This document shows, one piece after another, positions 1 through 14,464 of a stretch of DNA of 64,000 nucleotides. Origin of the DNA: an uncultured Acidobacteriaceae bacterium (GTDB lineage: Bacteria; Acidobacteriota; Terriglobia; Terriglobales; Acidobacteriaceae). Under the pieces are notes generated by a model, which did no database searches, was not told the origin of the DNA, and saw nothing but the letters and a program-made list of their open reading frames with translations. The translations under genes were made by a program, and so were the position numbers. The stretch is taken from contig CAVWUC010000002.1 in the NCBI GenBank assembly GCA_963758105.1, forward strand, positions 948,167-1,012,166, given 5' to 3'. Each line of letters begins with the position of its first letter. The stretch's first letter is position 1.

Positions 1-1164
<1,164 letters not shown>

Positions 1165-1226
1165 TTAGGTCCTTCCTTCCCGGGCAGCGGCGTTTACCGC
1201 CTTCAAGAAGGACCCGAAAAACCAGA

Positions 1227-1338
1227 TTAGCTATTAGCTCTTAGCCGTTAGCTGTTAGCTTCTTCTTGCTCGCCGGAGCCGCATCATCGAACCTGCGGTA
1301 CAGCGGAGCTAAGGGTTAACAGCTAAAAGCTGAGAGCT
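1227..1338. repeat. Heptad-phased AGCT palindrome, copy 1 (rpoB|rpoC spacer)
   Basis: Left arm TTAGCTATTAGCTCTTAGCCGTTAGCTGTTAGCTTC (1227-1262). Right arm AGCTAAGGGTTAACAGCTAAAAGCTGAGAGCT (1307-1338). AGCT cores recur every 7 nt; spacers are T-rich on the left arm and A/G-rich on the right. Confidence 0.8.
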
Positions 1339-1343
1339 TGCTG

Positions 1344-5831
<4,488 letters not shown>

Positions 5832-6523
5832 TCCTGAGGCTCATCACTCCAGTCCCCACTCCGCCTCGCGGGGACCGGGCCGGCGTCCGAGTCTCAGGGA
5901 CGCCTGCTGTTTACGGTGAGAAACTCAATCACTAACCGGACTGGCTCACTGGCCGGCCAGCCCCAATCCATCCATCCCGGTTCGCCCTCGCGGACCATAG
6001 GCAAGCCCGGAGCGGGAATCCCTCCCGCCGTGCGGGTTGTGTGAGAGTGGCATGAAAAGGCGCCGCAGCCATTGCCGCCGGTCTGGCGGGTGCGCTAGAC
6101 TGCGCACAAGCTGAAAGTGGCGCACTGGCCAAGCCCGGCCCGGAAGCGCAGCTCCCGGACCACCCCCGGGTGCATGGAGAGGTTCAGAGCGGCTCAAAAA
6201 AATGCCGCCTTTTCTCCACCCGTAGGGGCTGTGAGACGACAAGAGCCCGTAAGGACACAATGCCTCACGAGCGCGGCCCACTGCCTGTGCGCCTTTCCGA
6301 ATTCTCCTGCGTTGCGATCGCCGATCCCAATACTCGCTGCTACCGCGGTTCGCCAGCCACTCGTCACCCGTTAATCGGCTCCTGGACGACACCCAGATAA
6401 GCCATTGATCAAAAGGAACTTAATCCACACACACGATTGTAGCCCGGGCATTTCTCCTCCCCGGTGCTCAAAATCATCTGCCGCTCATTGTCCGTAAAAA
6501 TGTGCCTCCCCGAAGCGCCTGCT

Positions 6524-6581
6524 CCCTCAAAAAAGGCTCAAGAAGACGGAGGGACGCACAATACATATCTTAGCGCGTCCC
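6524..6581 (-). terminator. Hairpin plus U-rich tract downstream of rplL (putative terminator/attenuator ahead of rpoB)
   Basis: Minus-strand RNA reads GGGACGC, 17-nt loop, GCGUCCC, then UCCGUCUUCUUGAGCCUUUUUUGAGGG. It starts ~40 nt after the rplL stop. Confidence 0.45.
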
Positions 6582-6618
6582 AGCCTCCGGCGCAAGCACC
6601 CGGTCTTCCGCATTTCGC

Positions 6619-6996
6619 TTACTTGATCTCGACCGTCGCGACGCCTTCGAACTTCTTCTTGATGGCCTCGGCCTCTTCCTTGGTGGCGTTTTCCTTGAGC
6701 GCCTTCGGAGCGCCGTCCACCAGGTCCTTGGCTTCCTTCAGGCCAAGCGATGTGATCTCCCGTACTGCCTTGATGGTGCTGATCTTATTCGCACCAGCGT
6801 CCTTGAGAATCACCTGAAACTCGGTCTTCTCCTCAGCCGCCGGAGCCGACGCCCCGCCGCCCGCGGCAACCACCGCCACCGGGGCCGCAGCCGCCGCCGA
6901 AACGCCCAGCCGCTCTTCCAGCTTCTTCACCAGAGCCGCCGCTTCCAGCAGGCTAAGCCCTACAATCTGCTCTTCCAACTGTGCCAGATCCGCCAT
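6619..6996 (-). CDS. rplL: 50S ribosomal protein L7/L12
   Basis: [32 protein letters not shown]...Ala-rich hinge...[34 protein letters not shown] at 6996 with a GGAGA SD is preferred over the ORF-track start at 7068. Confidence 0.97.
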   Translation of the reverse strand: MADLAQLEEQIVGLSLLEAAALVKKLEERLGVSAAAAAPVAVVAAGGGASAPAAEEKTEFQVILKDAGANKISTIKAVREITSLGLKEAKDLVDGAPKALKENATKEEAEAIKKKFEGVATVEIK

Positions 6997-7120
6997 GTTT
7001 CTTCTCCAATCGAAAATCGTTGAATTGTCTCTCCGAGCCATCACAGCTCGTCCAAAAAGCTGCCCCACGCAGTGGAAAGTTTCCGATGCGCCAGACCCGC
7101 GCCCTTTCCGCCTTGAAATA

Positions 7121-7266
7121 CAGCTTCTAGCTTCTAGCTGCTAGCTGCTAGCTCTGTCCCGAAATGCAGCTACTCGCTTTTGAAGTACAGCTTCTAGCTC
7201 TTTCCAGTAAATCCAACGCCCTTAACCTCCGCACAAAATGGCTAGAAGCTAGAGGCTAGAAGCTGG
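7121..7266. repeat. Heptad-phased AGCT palindrome, copy 2 (rplJ|rplL spacer)
   Basis: Left arm CAGCTTCTAGCTTCTAGCTGCTAGCTGCTAGCTC (7121-7154), an extra half-copy CAGCTTCTAGCTC (7188-7200), and right arm GGCTAGAAGCTAGAGGCTAGAAGCTGG (7240-7266). The reverse complement of the right arm matches the left arm except at 2 positions over 26 nt. Confidence 0.9.
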
Positions 7267-7272
7267 CGGCGT

Positions 7273-7806
7273 TCACGCCGCCTGAAACTTTTCCTTCTCG
7301 ACGCCCTGCCCGAGCACCACGGCCAGATCGCGGCCGCTGGCGTTGATGACCGTGGCCAGCCTCTGCGCCGGCGCCTTGATCAGGAACAGCAGCTTCGAAT
7401 AGAGCTCCTGCTTGCCCGGCATGCTGGCCAGCGCCTTAACGTCCGCCACGCTCAGCAGCTTGCCGTCCACAATGCCCAGCCTGAACTGAAACTCCGCGTT
7501 GTCGCCCACCCATTTGGCGAAGACTTTGGCCAGCGCCACCGGGTCGCCGGCGGTGAAGGCCACCGAGTTCACGCCCTTTAGTCCTTGCAGCGCGGCCTCC
7601 ACCTGGCTGCCGCGGCTGGAGACGGCGGCCAGCTTGTTCTTGACCACGCGATACTTGCCCCCGGCCTCGCGGATCACCTTGCGCAGTTCAAAATCCTTGG
7701 CCACGGTCAGCTTGGAAAATGTTCCGACGATCGCGGTGGTCGAGCCTTCCAGTTCTTTGGCCAGCCGTTCAACCTTCTCCGTCTTTTTTGCCTTCGATAT
7801 CGCCAT
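7273..7806 (-). CDS. rplJ: 50S ribosomal protein L10
   Basis: 177-aa [62 protein letters not shown]..., typical L10, upstream of rplL. Confidence 0.97.
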   Translation of the reverse strand: MAISKAKKTEKVERLAKELEGSTTAIVGTFSKLTVAKDFELRKVIREAGGKYRVVKNKLAAVSSRGSQVEAALQGLKGVNSVAFTAGDPVALAKVFAKWVGDNAEFQFRLGIVDGKLLSVADVKALASMPGKQELYSKLLFLIKAPAQRLATVINASGRDLAVVLGQGVEKEKFQAA

Positions 7807-7977
7807 GGTCTTCGCTCCGCTGCGAAAGGGGTCAGGTATCAGCGGTCAGGGATCGGAGAACTTCCATCGACACCCCGAACTTGCTCCGCTTTCCCCTTCT
7901 CTGCCTACTGCCCCGATCGGGGCTCCGTTTCGTATCTCTTGCCGTGGGCTACAGGGCAGACAGCGTCAAGCACCGAC

Positions 7978-8005
7978 TATTCCCTATTCCCTAGTCCCTA
8001 TTCCC
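7978..8005 (-). repeat. Tandem heptamer array, GGGAAUA/GGGACUA x4 on the sense strand
   Basis: + strand TATTCCC TATTCCC TAGTCCC TATTCCC. The transcript would read GGGAAUAGGGACUAGGGAAUAGGGAAUA, beginning 6 nt after the rplA stop codon (8011-8013). Confidence 0.9.
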
Positions 8006-8010
8006 TGCCT

Positions 8011-8721
8011 TCAGTGCTTGCCGACCGCGTCGGCTACCGCCGAATCCAGCGGAACCCCAGGGCCCATCGTCGAGCTCAGCGTGACGCTCTTGATGTACTT
8101 GCCCTTGGCGGCGGCAGGCTTGCTGCGCACAATCGCCGTGATCACCGTGGTGGCGTTGTCCACCAGTTTCTGCGCCTCAAAGCTCAGCTTGCCCACCGGC
8201 ACATGCACCAGGCTGGTCTTGTCGGCGCGATACTCCACCTTGCCGGCCTTGATCTCTTTCACCGCCGCGGCCACGTCCATGGTCACCGTCCCGGTCTTCG
8301 GGTTCGGCATCAATCCTTTAGGCCCCAGCACCTTGCCCAGCCTCCCCACCACCTTCATCATGTCGGGCGTGGCGATCAGCGCATCGAAGGCGGTCCAGTT
8401 TTCCTTCTGGATCTTCTCCACCATCTCCTCGCCGCCCACAAAGTCCGCGCCCGCTTCAGTAGCTTCCTTCTGCCGGTCGCCGGCCGCGATCACGGCCACG
8501 GTCTTGGTCTTGCCCAGCCCGTGCGGCAGCACCACCGTCCCGCGAACCATCTGGTCGGCGTGGCGCGTGTCCACGCCCAGGCGCATGGTCAGGTCCACGG
8601 TCTCGTCGAACTTGGCGTACTTCACCTGCTTGAGCAGTCCAACCGCATCAGGCAGTGCATACGCGGGCTTGGTCACAGCCGCGCGCGCCTTGGCAATATT
8701 CTTACTGGATTTTCCAGCCAA
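8011..8721 (-). CDS. rplA: 50S ribosomal protein L1
   Basis: ...[70 protein letters not shown]... is typical L1. TTG start at 8721 with GGAG 7 nt upstream is preferred; the ORF-track extension to 8793 ([15 protein letters not shown]...) looks non-coding. Confidence 0.93.
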   Translation of the reverse strand: MAGKSSKNIAKARAAVTKPAYALPDAVGLLKQVKYAKFDETVDLTMRLGVDTRHADQMVRGTVVLPHGLGKTKTVAVIAAGDRQKEATEAGADFVGGEEMVEKIQKENWTAFDALIATPDMMKVVGRLGKVLGPKGLMPNPKTGTVTMDVAAAVKEIKAGKVEYRADKTSLVHVPVGKLSFEAQKLVDNATTVITAIVRSKPAAAKGKYIKSVTLSSTMGPGVPLDSAVADAVGKH

Positions 8722-9106
8722 CTTCGTTCTCCGTCTCCCACCGTCTTTGCCGGCCCCGCTTTGCGGGGAGCCCGCGATTCGCCGCCGAGACAATTGCCTG
8801 CCGGGCGAACCAGGATCGGGCCCAAAAACCGTGGTGCATCTGACAGCCCAGGGATCTCCCTGAGACGTATGGATTCATGATAGCGAAAGGCAGGCGGGAA
8901 TGCAACTTAAGCCGAACGGTTGCGGCGGCGAGCGTCTTCTATTGTGACCGGCGCGGTGGCGCGCGACGGCCATTCGTGATACTTTTTCTGAATACGTGCT
9001 ACAAGCTGCCGCCCGAGGGACCAGGTCTGTTTGCTCTGCCTCGCCGGTCTGACCGGATCAATTCGGCCTGATCCACCTCCGGCCGCCTGATGGCACAAGG
9101 ATCGTG

Positions 9107-10174
9107 ATGCCCTCGCTGCTCACCAGTATCGTTCACGACCGGGCCGGCAACACCCGGTCCCGCGTCGCCGCGCTCTACACCCTCCTCATCGCCTTCAATA
9201 TCGCCGCGTGGTGCTGGGCCTTCGTCGCCTTTCACCGTTTCCCGGTGCTGCTGGGGACGGCGTTCCTCGCCTACAGTTTTGGTCTGCGCCACGCCGTCGA
9301 CGCCGACCACATCGCCGCCATCGATAACGTCACCCGCAAGCTCATGCAGCAGGGCAAGCGGCCAGTCGCCGTGGGCCTTATGTTCTCGCTGGGCCACTCG
9401 ACCATCGTGGTCCTCGGCTCAATCGGCCTGGCCGCCGCGGCCCTTGCCTTGCAGCACAGCATCGACGCCTACCGCTCCATCGGCGCCGTCGTCGGCACGC
9501 TGGTCTCGGCGCTGTTTCTGTTTGGCATTGCGGTGGTGAATCTCATCATCCTGCTGTCCATCTGCCGCAGCTTCATGCGGGTGCGCGCGGGCGAGCCCTA
9601 CGTCGAAGAGGACTTCGACCTGCTGCTGGCCAATCGCGGATTCCTCTCGCGGCTCTTTCGTCCCATGTTCAACCTGATCCGGTCCAGCTGGCACATGTAT
9701 CCGCTGGGATTCCTCTTCGGCCTCGGCTTTGACACCGCATCCGAGATTGGCCTCTTGGGTCTCTCCGCCGCCGAGGCCTCGAAGGGACTGCCGCTGGCCT
9801 CGATCCTGGTCTTCCCCGTCCTCTTCGCGGCCGGCATGTCGCTGATCGACTCCACCGACAACATCCTCATGCTGGGCGCCTACGGCTGGGCGTACGTGAA
9901 GCCGATTCGCAAGCTCTATTACAACATCACCATCACCTCGGTCTCCGTGGTGGTGGCGCTGGCCGTGGGCGGCATTGAAGCTCTCGGCCTGCTCGCCGAT
10001 CAGTTCCACCTCACCGGCGCGCCCTGGGACCAGATCGGCCGCCTCAACGAAAACTTTGGCATGTTGGGCTACTGCATTGTCGTGCTCTTTGCCGCCAGCT
10101 GGATCCTGTCCATCGCCATCTACAAGTGGCGCCGGTTTGATGAGCTCGAGCTGGGCACGGAAGACGTGGGCTAG
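9107..10174 (+). CDS. Nickel/cobalt transporter, NiCoT (HoxN/NixA) family
   Basis: Polytopic membrane protein with the NiCoT signature RHAVDADHIAAIDN plus LGHST and GFDTASE motifs. ATG at 9107 lies 5 nt after AAGGA; a GTG at 9104 is also possible. Confidence 0.85.
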   Translation: MPSLLTSIVHDRAGNTRSRVAALYTLLIAFNIAAWCWAFVAFHRFPVLLGTAFLAYSFGLRHAVDADHIAAIDNVTRKLMQQGKRPVAVGLMFSLGHSTIVVLGSIGLAAAALALQHSIDAYRSIGAVVGTLVSALFLFGIAVVNLIILLSICRSFMRVRAGEPYVEEDFDLLLANRGFLSRLFRPMFNLIRSSWHMYPLGFLFGLGFDTASEIGLLGLSAAEASKGLPLASILVFPVLFAAGMSLIDSTDNILMLGAYGWAYVKPIRKLYYNITITSVSVVVALAVGGIEALGLLADQFHLTGAPWDQIGRLNENFGMLGYCIVVLFAASWILSIAIYKWRRFDELELGTEDVG

Positions 10175-10190
10175 CCTCTCTCCCGGCGGA

Positions 10191-10831
10191 TCAGGCAGTG
10201 ACCTCCGTGGGCCGGGACCAGCGATCGTTTGCATAGCGCGCCATCCAGATGGCGAATTTCCCCTGGCCGTACTCCTCCCACGCGACGTTGTATGTGCGCG
10301 GGCCGGATGACAGAACGACCGGGTTGATGGCGCGATGCGCCGGATCGCTGATCGTGACGGAGGGCTGGAATTTTCCGCTCTTCCTGTTTGACGCGACGAT
10401 CGTCCAGCGCTGGTTCTTCAGCTCCGTCCAGGCCAGCAGCGGATCGCCGCCGGGCGCGCAATCGGCCCGAGAGGGCTTCAAACTGGCCGGGCCCGGCGGG
10501 GCCCGCGCTGGCGTCTCTCGGTTGGGTCCTAACAATGCATTGCCAAGCCATAAAAAAGGGGGAGTGCCCGCCAGTTCCCGCGCAATCCTTCCATTTTGCG
10601 AAGCATATTGATTGCCTTTGGAAGCATGGTCCGCCGAATCGATGCGCTGCCGGTGCCGGCAGGATAGGGGTTGGCCGGCGGCAGGAAAACATTTAGAGAA
10701 CAGAGGGGCTGGGACGGAGAGCTGTCGGAGATCTCGCTGAAAACAATCTGTTTCCCGGCCTTCGTTTCGGGCAACAGGCGGGAATCGCCATCCGTTGCCG
10801 CCTCAGACGCGCTCGGAACGAAAAACTTCAA
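10191..10831 (-). pseudogene. Possible decayed gene remnant (beta-propeller / BNR-sialidase-like C-terminal fragment)
   Basis: Three overlapping minus-strand ORF pieces in different frames (10529-10831, 10171-10692, 10191-10535). Only the last ~85 codons (DPLLAWTELKNQRWTIVASN...YNVAWEEYGQGKFAIWMARYANDRWSRPTEVTA) look protein-like. No intact N-terminus. Confidence 0.3.
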
Positions 10832-10886
10832 GAATCCAGCACAAGCGCGGCGGTCGGGTGTAGACTGCCCTTAATATCTGAATGGT

Positions 10887-10944
10887 AAATCCCAAATTGG
10901 AAGATCCCAAATGGAAGATCCCAAATCGGAAGATCCCGAATGGG
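10887..10944 (+). repeat. Tandem 14-15 bp repeats (GGAAGATCCCAAAT-like, ~4 units)
   Basis: AAATCCCAAATTGG / AAGATCCCAAATGG / AAGATCCCAAATCGG / AAGATCCCGAATGGG. The array overlaps the candidate ATG (10911) of the next gene. Confidence 0.85.
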
Positions 10945-12035
10945 AGGCGGCGAGCCAGCAACCTTCAGCCGGGTATTTGCAGGAGGTACTGCGCGGCGCG
11001 GAAGAAGGGGAATATTGCGCCTACAACCAGACCAGGGGATGCTTCCTTGGTGTGGAAGTCGAGGCGGCCGATTTCTCCGTTGCAGCCCTCGATGACCGGG
11101 TTCCCGCGCTGACGCCCGGTTGCGGCGTCGGCCTATGGCTGATCCCGTTCCGAGGCATCTCTCCGCTCGGCCTGCGCATCCCGCTCGATCTGCTTTATCT
11201 TGACCGGAATTCGGTAGTCACCGGCGCGGTCGAGTCTTTTCCCATCTCCCGTGTCTCGCTTTCCAGCCCGCTCGCGGCCAGTGTTCTGGCGCTCCCGGCT
11301 CGCACCATCAGTTCCACGCAGACCCAGCCGGGCGATCAGTTGATGATCTGCCCTCCCGATGAAATGAAGCGGCGCCTGGAGCGGCTGACCAGCGCTGCGC
11401 TCGAGGGCGGCGCTTTGCTGGGCGCCCCTGGCTCGCAGCGCAGTGCTCCCTCGCAGGATGAGACGAATCGCGGCGTTTCCGGAAGCCTGCTTCAATCTGA
11501 GGATCGTTTCAGGCAAATGCGTTCCGGCCAGGATGTACCGGCTGAGGAAACCGTCCCCTATCAGGTTCCCTTTGTGATGCCCGGGCCCGAACCGCAGGCG
11601 GCGAGCCCTGCCGAGCCGGCCGCCAAGTCCAGGAAAAACTGGTTGGAGCGCTGGTTGTCGTTCGAACCTGCCGATCCGAGGAGATCTTTGCGCAAGCCAC
11701 TACCTGGCCTTGTTGCCCATTTCTTTACCGGATGCGCTCCGCAGGAACAACAGATCCTGGATATCAGTCTGACCGGATTGTACGTGCTCACCAATGAGCG
11801 CTGGTACCTGGGCACGACGGTCAGAATGACGCTTACAGACCGCAGGGAACCGACCGTCGAGCACTCCATCACCGTCAATGCGACCGTCGTCCGCTGGGGC
11901 AACGACGGCGTCGGCCTCCAGTTTGTCCTGCAGAATCCCAAGGGTCGGCGCTCGGAGTTTGACGGCGTGGTTCAAGGCGTGGACCAGATGCAACTCGAGC
12001 AATTCCTCCAGGGGTTCACGGGCAGCGCCGTGTAG
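10911..12035 (+). CDS. DUF192-like / PilZ-domain fusion protein (putative c-di-GMP receptor)
   Basis: The N-terminal half (GLWLIPFRGISPLGLRIPLDLLYLDRNSVV...ASVLALPARTI) resembles DUF192/COG1430. The C-terminus carries PilZ motifs RRSLR and DISLTG. The start is uncertain because it lies inside the repeat array. Confidence 0.7.
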   Translation: MEDPKSEDPEWEAASQQPSAGYLQEVLRGAEEGEYCAYNQTRGCFLGVEVEAADFSVAALDDRVPALTPGCGVGLWLIPFRGISPLGLRIPLDLLYLDRNSVVTGAVESFPISRVSLSSPLAASVLALPARTISSTQTQPGDQLMICPPDEMKRRLERLTSAALEGGALLGAPGSQRSAPSQDETNRGVSGSLLQSEDRFRQMRSGQDVPAEETVPYQVPFVMPGPEPQAASPAEPAAKSRKNWLERWLSFEPADPRRSLRKPLPGLVAHFFTGCAPQEQQILDISLTGLYVLTNERWYLGTTVRMTLTDRREPTVEHSITVNATVVRWGNDGVGLQFVLQNPKGRRSEFDGVVQGVDQMQLEQFLQGFTGSAV

Positions 12036-12924
12036 TTCCGCGCAGCCTGCGCCTTCCCCTTGAAGATGCTGAGCAAGAATCCGCTGCCCGCGCAAGCATC
12101 CTGCCGCAGGGATACGTAATCATTGAAAGCGTGGAAGACCATTGAAGCGCCCTGAAAAGCAAGGCTGGTAAAGCATGCAAGGTACTACTGGCTGTTGCTG
12201 GCAGAGAGCCATCTGACGCGGCGGTTGTTTGTAAGCATGCTGCGGCGAATCGAAGCGTTGTCGCTGCTGGCCGCGTAGAGAGCGAGGGTGCGGTGACGAA
12301 AAAACTCAGCCAAAGTGAAAGGGGACGGACAGGTGCCCACGAAAACGCTGGAAATGCAGCCCCTCTTGCCCTGCGGGCTCACGAAAATGGCGCGTGGACA
12401 GCCCTGGGCTGGTCTCTCACCCCCGATTCGAACCGCAGGACGCCGCCGGGTGTATTCTGACCGCTTTTTGGGAAAGTCATAATGGATATTCCGGTTTGAA
12501 GGTTCACGCACGACCATTCGATCAATCAAATCATGAACATGCTCCAATCGCCGGTCCTTATGCATATTCATTGGAGACGGTGATCCATCCAGATGATCTT
12601 CACGCGGAAATAGCAAGGCATGTGCCCGCTGCTCCATTTTTTCATTGACATGCGGCTGCCGTCTCTGCAAAACTCGCGCTGTAGGCGGGACACCCTTCCC
12701 TTTCAACAAAAGCCCGGGGGCTCAAAAGAATAAGGAACAGCAAGCCTACGTAGATTCAAGTACGGTACGTGCATATGGGGCAGGTTCGCGATGGGTTCGT
12801 CAAAAGACGCACGGCATCCATCGCGCTCGTTTCCATTGCCATGAGGCTCCATTGGGAATTGAGCCTTTTTTCTGGTAGAGCGCTTTGCATTGGCAATTGA
12901 ATGTAGTACCTTGACGGGTGCCGA

Positions 12925-13692
12925 GTGAGTGCTAGACAAGCCGCGATGATCGACTACTACGAATTTCTTCAAATCAGCCCCAATGCAGAAGCCGAAACGG
13001 TTCACAGGGTGTACCGCTATCTGGCGGCGCGTCTGCATCCGGATAATCTTCAAACCGGCAATGCGGAGATGTTTCACCTTCTCAGGCTTGCCTACGACGT
13101 ACTGTCGGACCCGGTGAAACGTGCCGACTACAACGTTTCCTACACGAAAGCATCCGCGCCGCCGCCGCTTTCGGAAACGGTCGACTTCATGGATTCGCTC
13201 GATGGCGAGTTGAACCGCAGGTTGGCGGTGCTGGCGGTTTTGTATTACCGTAGGCGAACCAACCCGCACTTCCCCCAGGTTTCGCTGGCAGAACTTGAAG
13301 AGCGGATGGGGTTTCCCCGCGATTATCTCGACTTCACGCTCTGGTATCTGCTCAAGAAGGGGTATGTGAGCCGCGAAGACAACGCCACCTACGCACTCAC
13401 AGCCGAAGCCGTGGATTTTGTGGAGATGCATCGATCTGAATTTCCGCTCCTGAATCGACTGCTCTCGAGTTCAGTAGGAGCAGCGGTTCCGAACGCTGGG
13501 AATGGACATGGAGCCGATGCCTCTGTGACAGAGGCGGTAAGCGCAGCACCCCAACAAATTTCGTCCGAACCCATCGTACTGCCTGGGTCGATGGAAAACG
13601 GAGACAGGCGCGCATACAGACCCGAGCGGCGTGTCGGCTTGCCCGACCTGCGTGTGCATAAAGTGGAACGCCGCGTCAATCGGAGGGATTGA
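12925..13692 (+). CDS. J-domain (DnaJ-like) protein with C-terminal winged-helix-like region
   Basis: DYYEFLQISPNAEAETVHRVYRYLAARLHPDN...AYDVLSDPVKRADYN is a J domain with the HPD motif. LAELEERMGFPRDYLDFTLWYLLKKGYVSRED looks wHTH-like. Start is GTG 12925 or ATG 12946. Confidence 0.8.
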   Translation: MSARQAAMIDYYEFLQISPNAEAETVHRVYRYLAARLHPDNLQTGNAEMFHLLRLAYDVLSDPVKRADYNVSYTKASAPPPLSETVDFMDSLDGELNRRLAVLAVLYYRRRTNPHFPQVSLAELEERMGFPRDYLDFTLWYLLKKGYVSREDNATYALTAEAVDFVEMHRSEFPLLNRLLSSSVGAAVPNAGNGHGADASVTEAVSAAPQQISSEPIVLPGSMENGDRRAYRPERRVGLPDLRVHKVERRVNRRD

Positions 13693-13983
13693 CGAGGTAA
13701 TCCATGCTAAATTCTCGCCGCAGTCAACGGTCATCCGTCGGGAACGAACGCGGCTGGCGGTTTTGTGGCTTAAACATGCTTCTCCCTCCGCAACGCACCA
13801 ATAGGACACTACTGGATCCTCTGGACGAGAAACCGCTTCGAGGTGCGAGCCGGCTCCATCCCCATTCCGGCCATGCGGTCTGCCCGATGCGGCTTGCCCG
13901 ATGCGCCCCCGCCGGCGCGATCTGCTGATCGGGGAAAGCCTCTGCCCTTTCCCTGATAGCGTTTTTGTGGCAAACTTTCCCCC

Positions 13984-14094
13984 ATGGGAAACAAAGACAA
14001 AGGCAGGAAAGAAACCAAGAAGCCTCCGAAGCCCAAGCCAAAACCGGAGCCCGGCCGCCGGCATGAGGTTTTCCCGCCGGCTCCGCCCAAGTAG
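13984..14094 (+). CDS. Possible 36-aa highly basic micro-protein
   Basis: My own translation: MGNKDKGRKETKKPPKPKPKPEPGRRHEVFPPAPPK*. No clear SD; too short for the ORF track. Coding status is unproven. Confidence 0.3.
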   Translation: MGNKDKGRKETKKPPKPKPKPEPGRRHEVFPPAPPK

Positions 14095-14427
14095 CAGCGG
14101 CAAGTTGCAGCAGAACCGGGGTTGATATATCCCGAAGCCGATGACCTCAAGTCGACGCGACCACCCCGGGCCCCCGACGATACGGGGTCCCCTGCGAGCG
14201 ATCTTTGCTCGATGGGATGTAACGAATGCCGTTTGTCGTTGGGGTGGGACCACCAGGGTGCGGCGGCCTTCTTCGATGATGGCCGGGCTACAGTAACCCT
14301 GGTTCTGCTTGAGGCGCGGCGTGAACCACCGCAACCCCAGGCATTCAATCGCAACCCGCAAGGCCTGAACCGCATGCAGGTTGATCGCGCACAGTTTCCC
14401 CGCGCCGCGCGCGCAACCATCTCGCCC

Positions 14428-14464
14428 GCACAATGCAAAGAGGCCCTCCCCGGCGGGGAGAGCC
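14428..14464 (-). terminator. Putative intrinsic terminator after rplK
   Basis: Minus-strand RNA GGCUCUCCCCGCCGGGGAGGGCC (10-bp stem, 3-nt loop) followed by UCUUUGCAUUGUGC. It begins ~26 nt after the rplK stop. Confidence 0.5.

Noticed and set aside
5946-6392. 148-aa minus-strand ORF in the rplL-rpoB spacer
   Set aside because: Arg/Gly/Ser-rich sequence with no SD and no family resemblance. Treated as non-coding.
7499-8880. 454-aa and 431-aa + strand ORFs spanning rplJ-rplA
   Set aside because: Antisense to two canonical ribosomal protein genes and running through their spacer.
8900-9103. Possible cobalamin or NiCo riboswitch upstream of the NiCoT transporter
   Set aside because: I looked for a B12 box (AGYCMGGNGACCTGCC-like) and the GCCACTG element, and for NiCo-type conserved strings. 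None was found on the + strand.
12185-12709. 174-aa minus ORF and 84-aa plus ORF (12394-12648) in the low-GC stretch
   Set aside because: The translations are Arg/His/Ser-rich and not protein-like, with no SD. The region is kept only as an unexplained non-coding or decayed stretch.
13471-14438. 320-aa and 209-aa minus-strand ORFs downstream of rplK
   Set aside because: They run antisense through the J-domain gene end and the basic micro-ORF and are Arg/Gly-rich. The Cys/His pattern in the first ~60 codons is not enough to call a zinc-finger protein.
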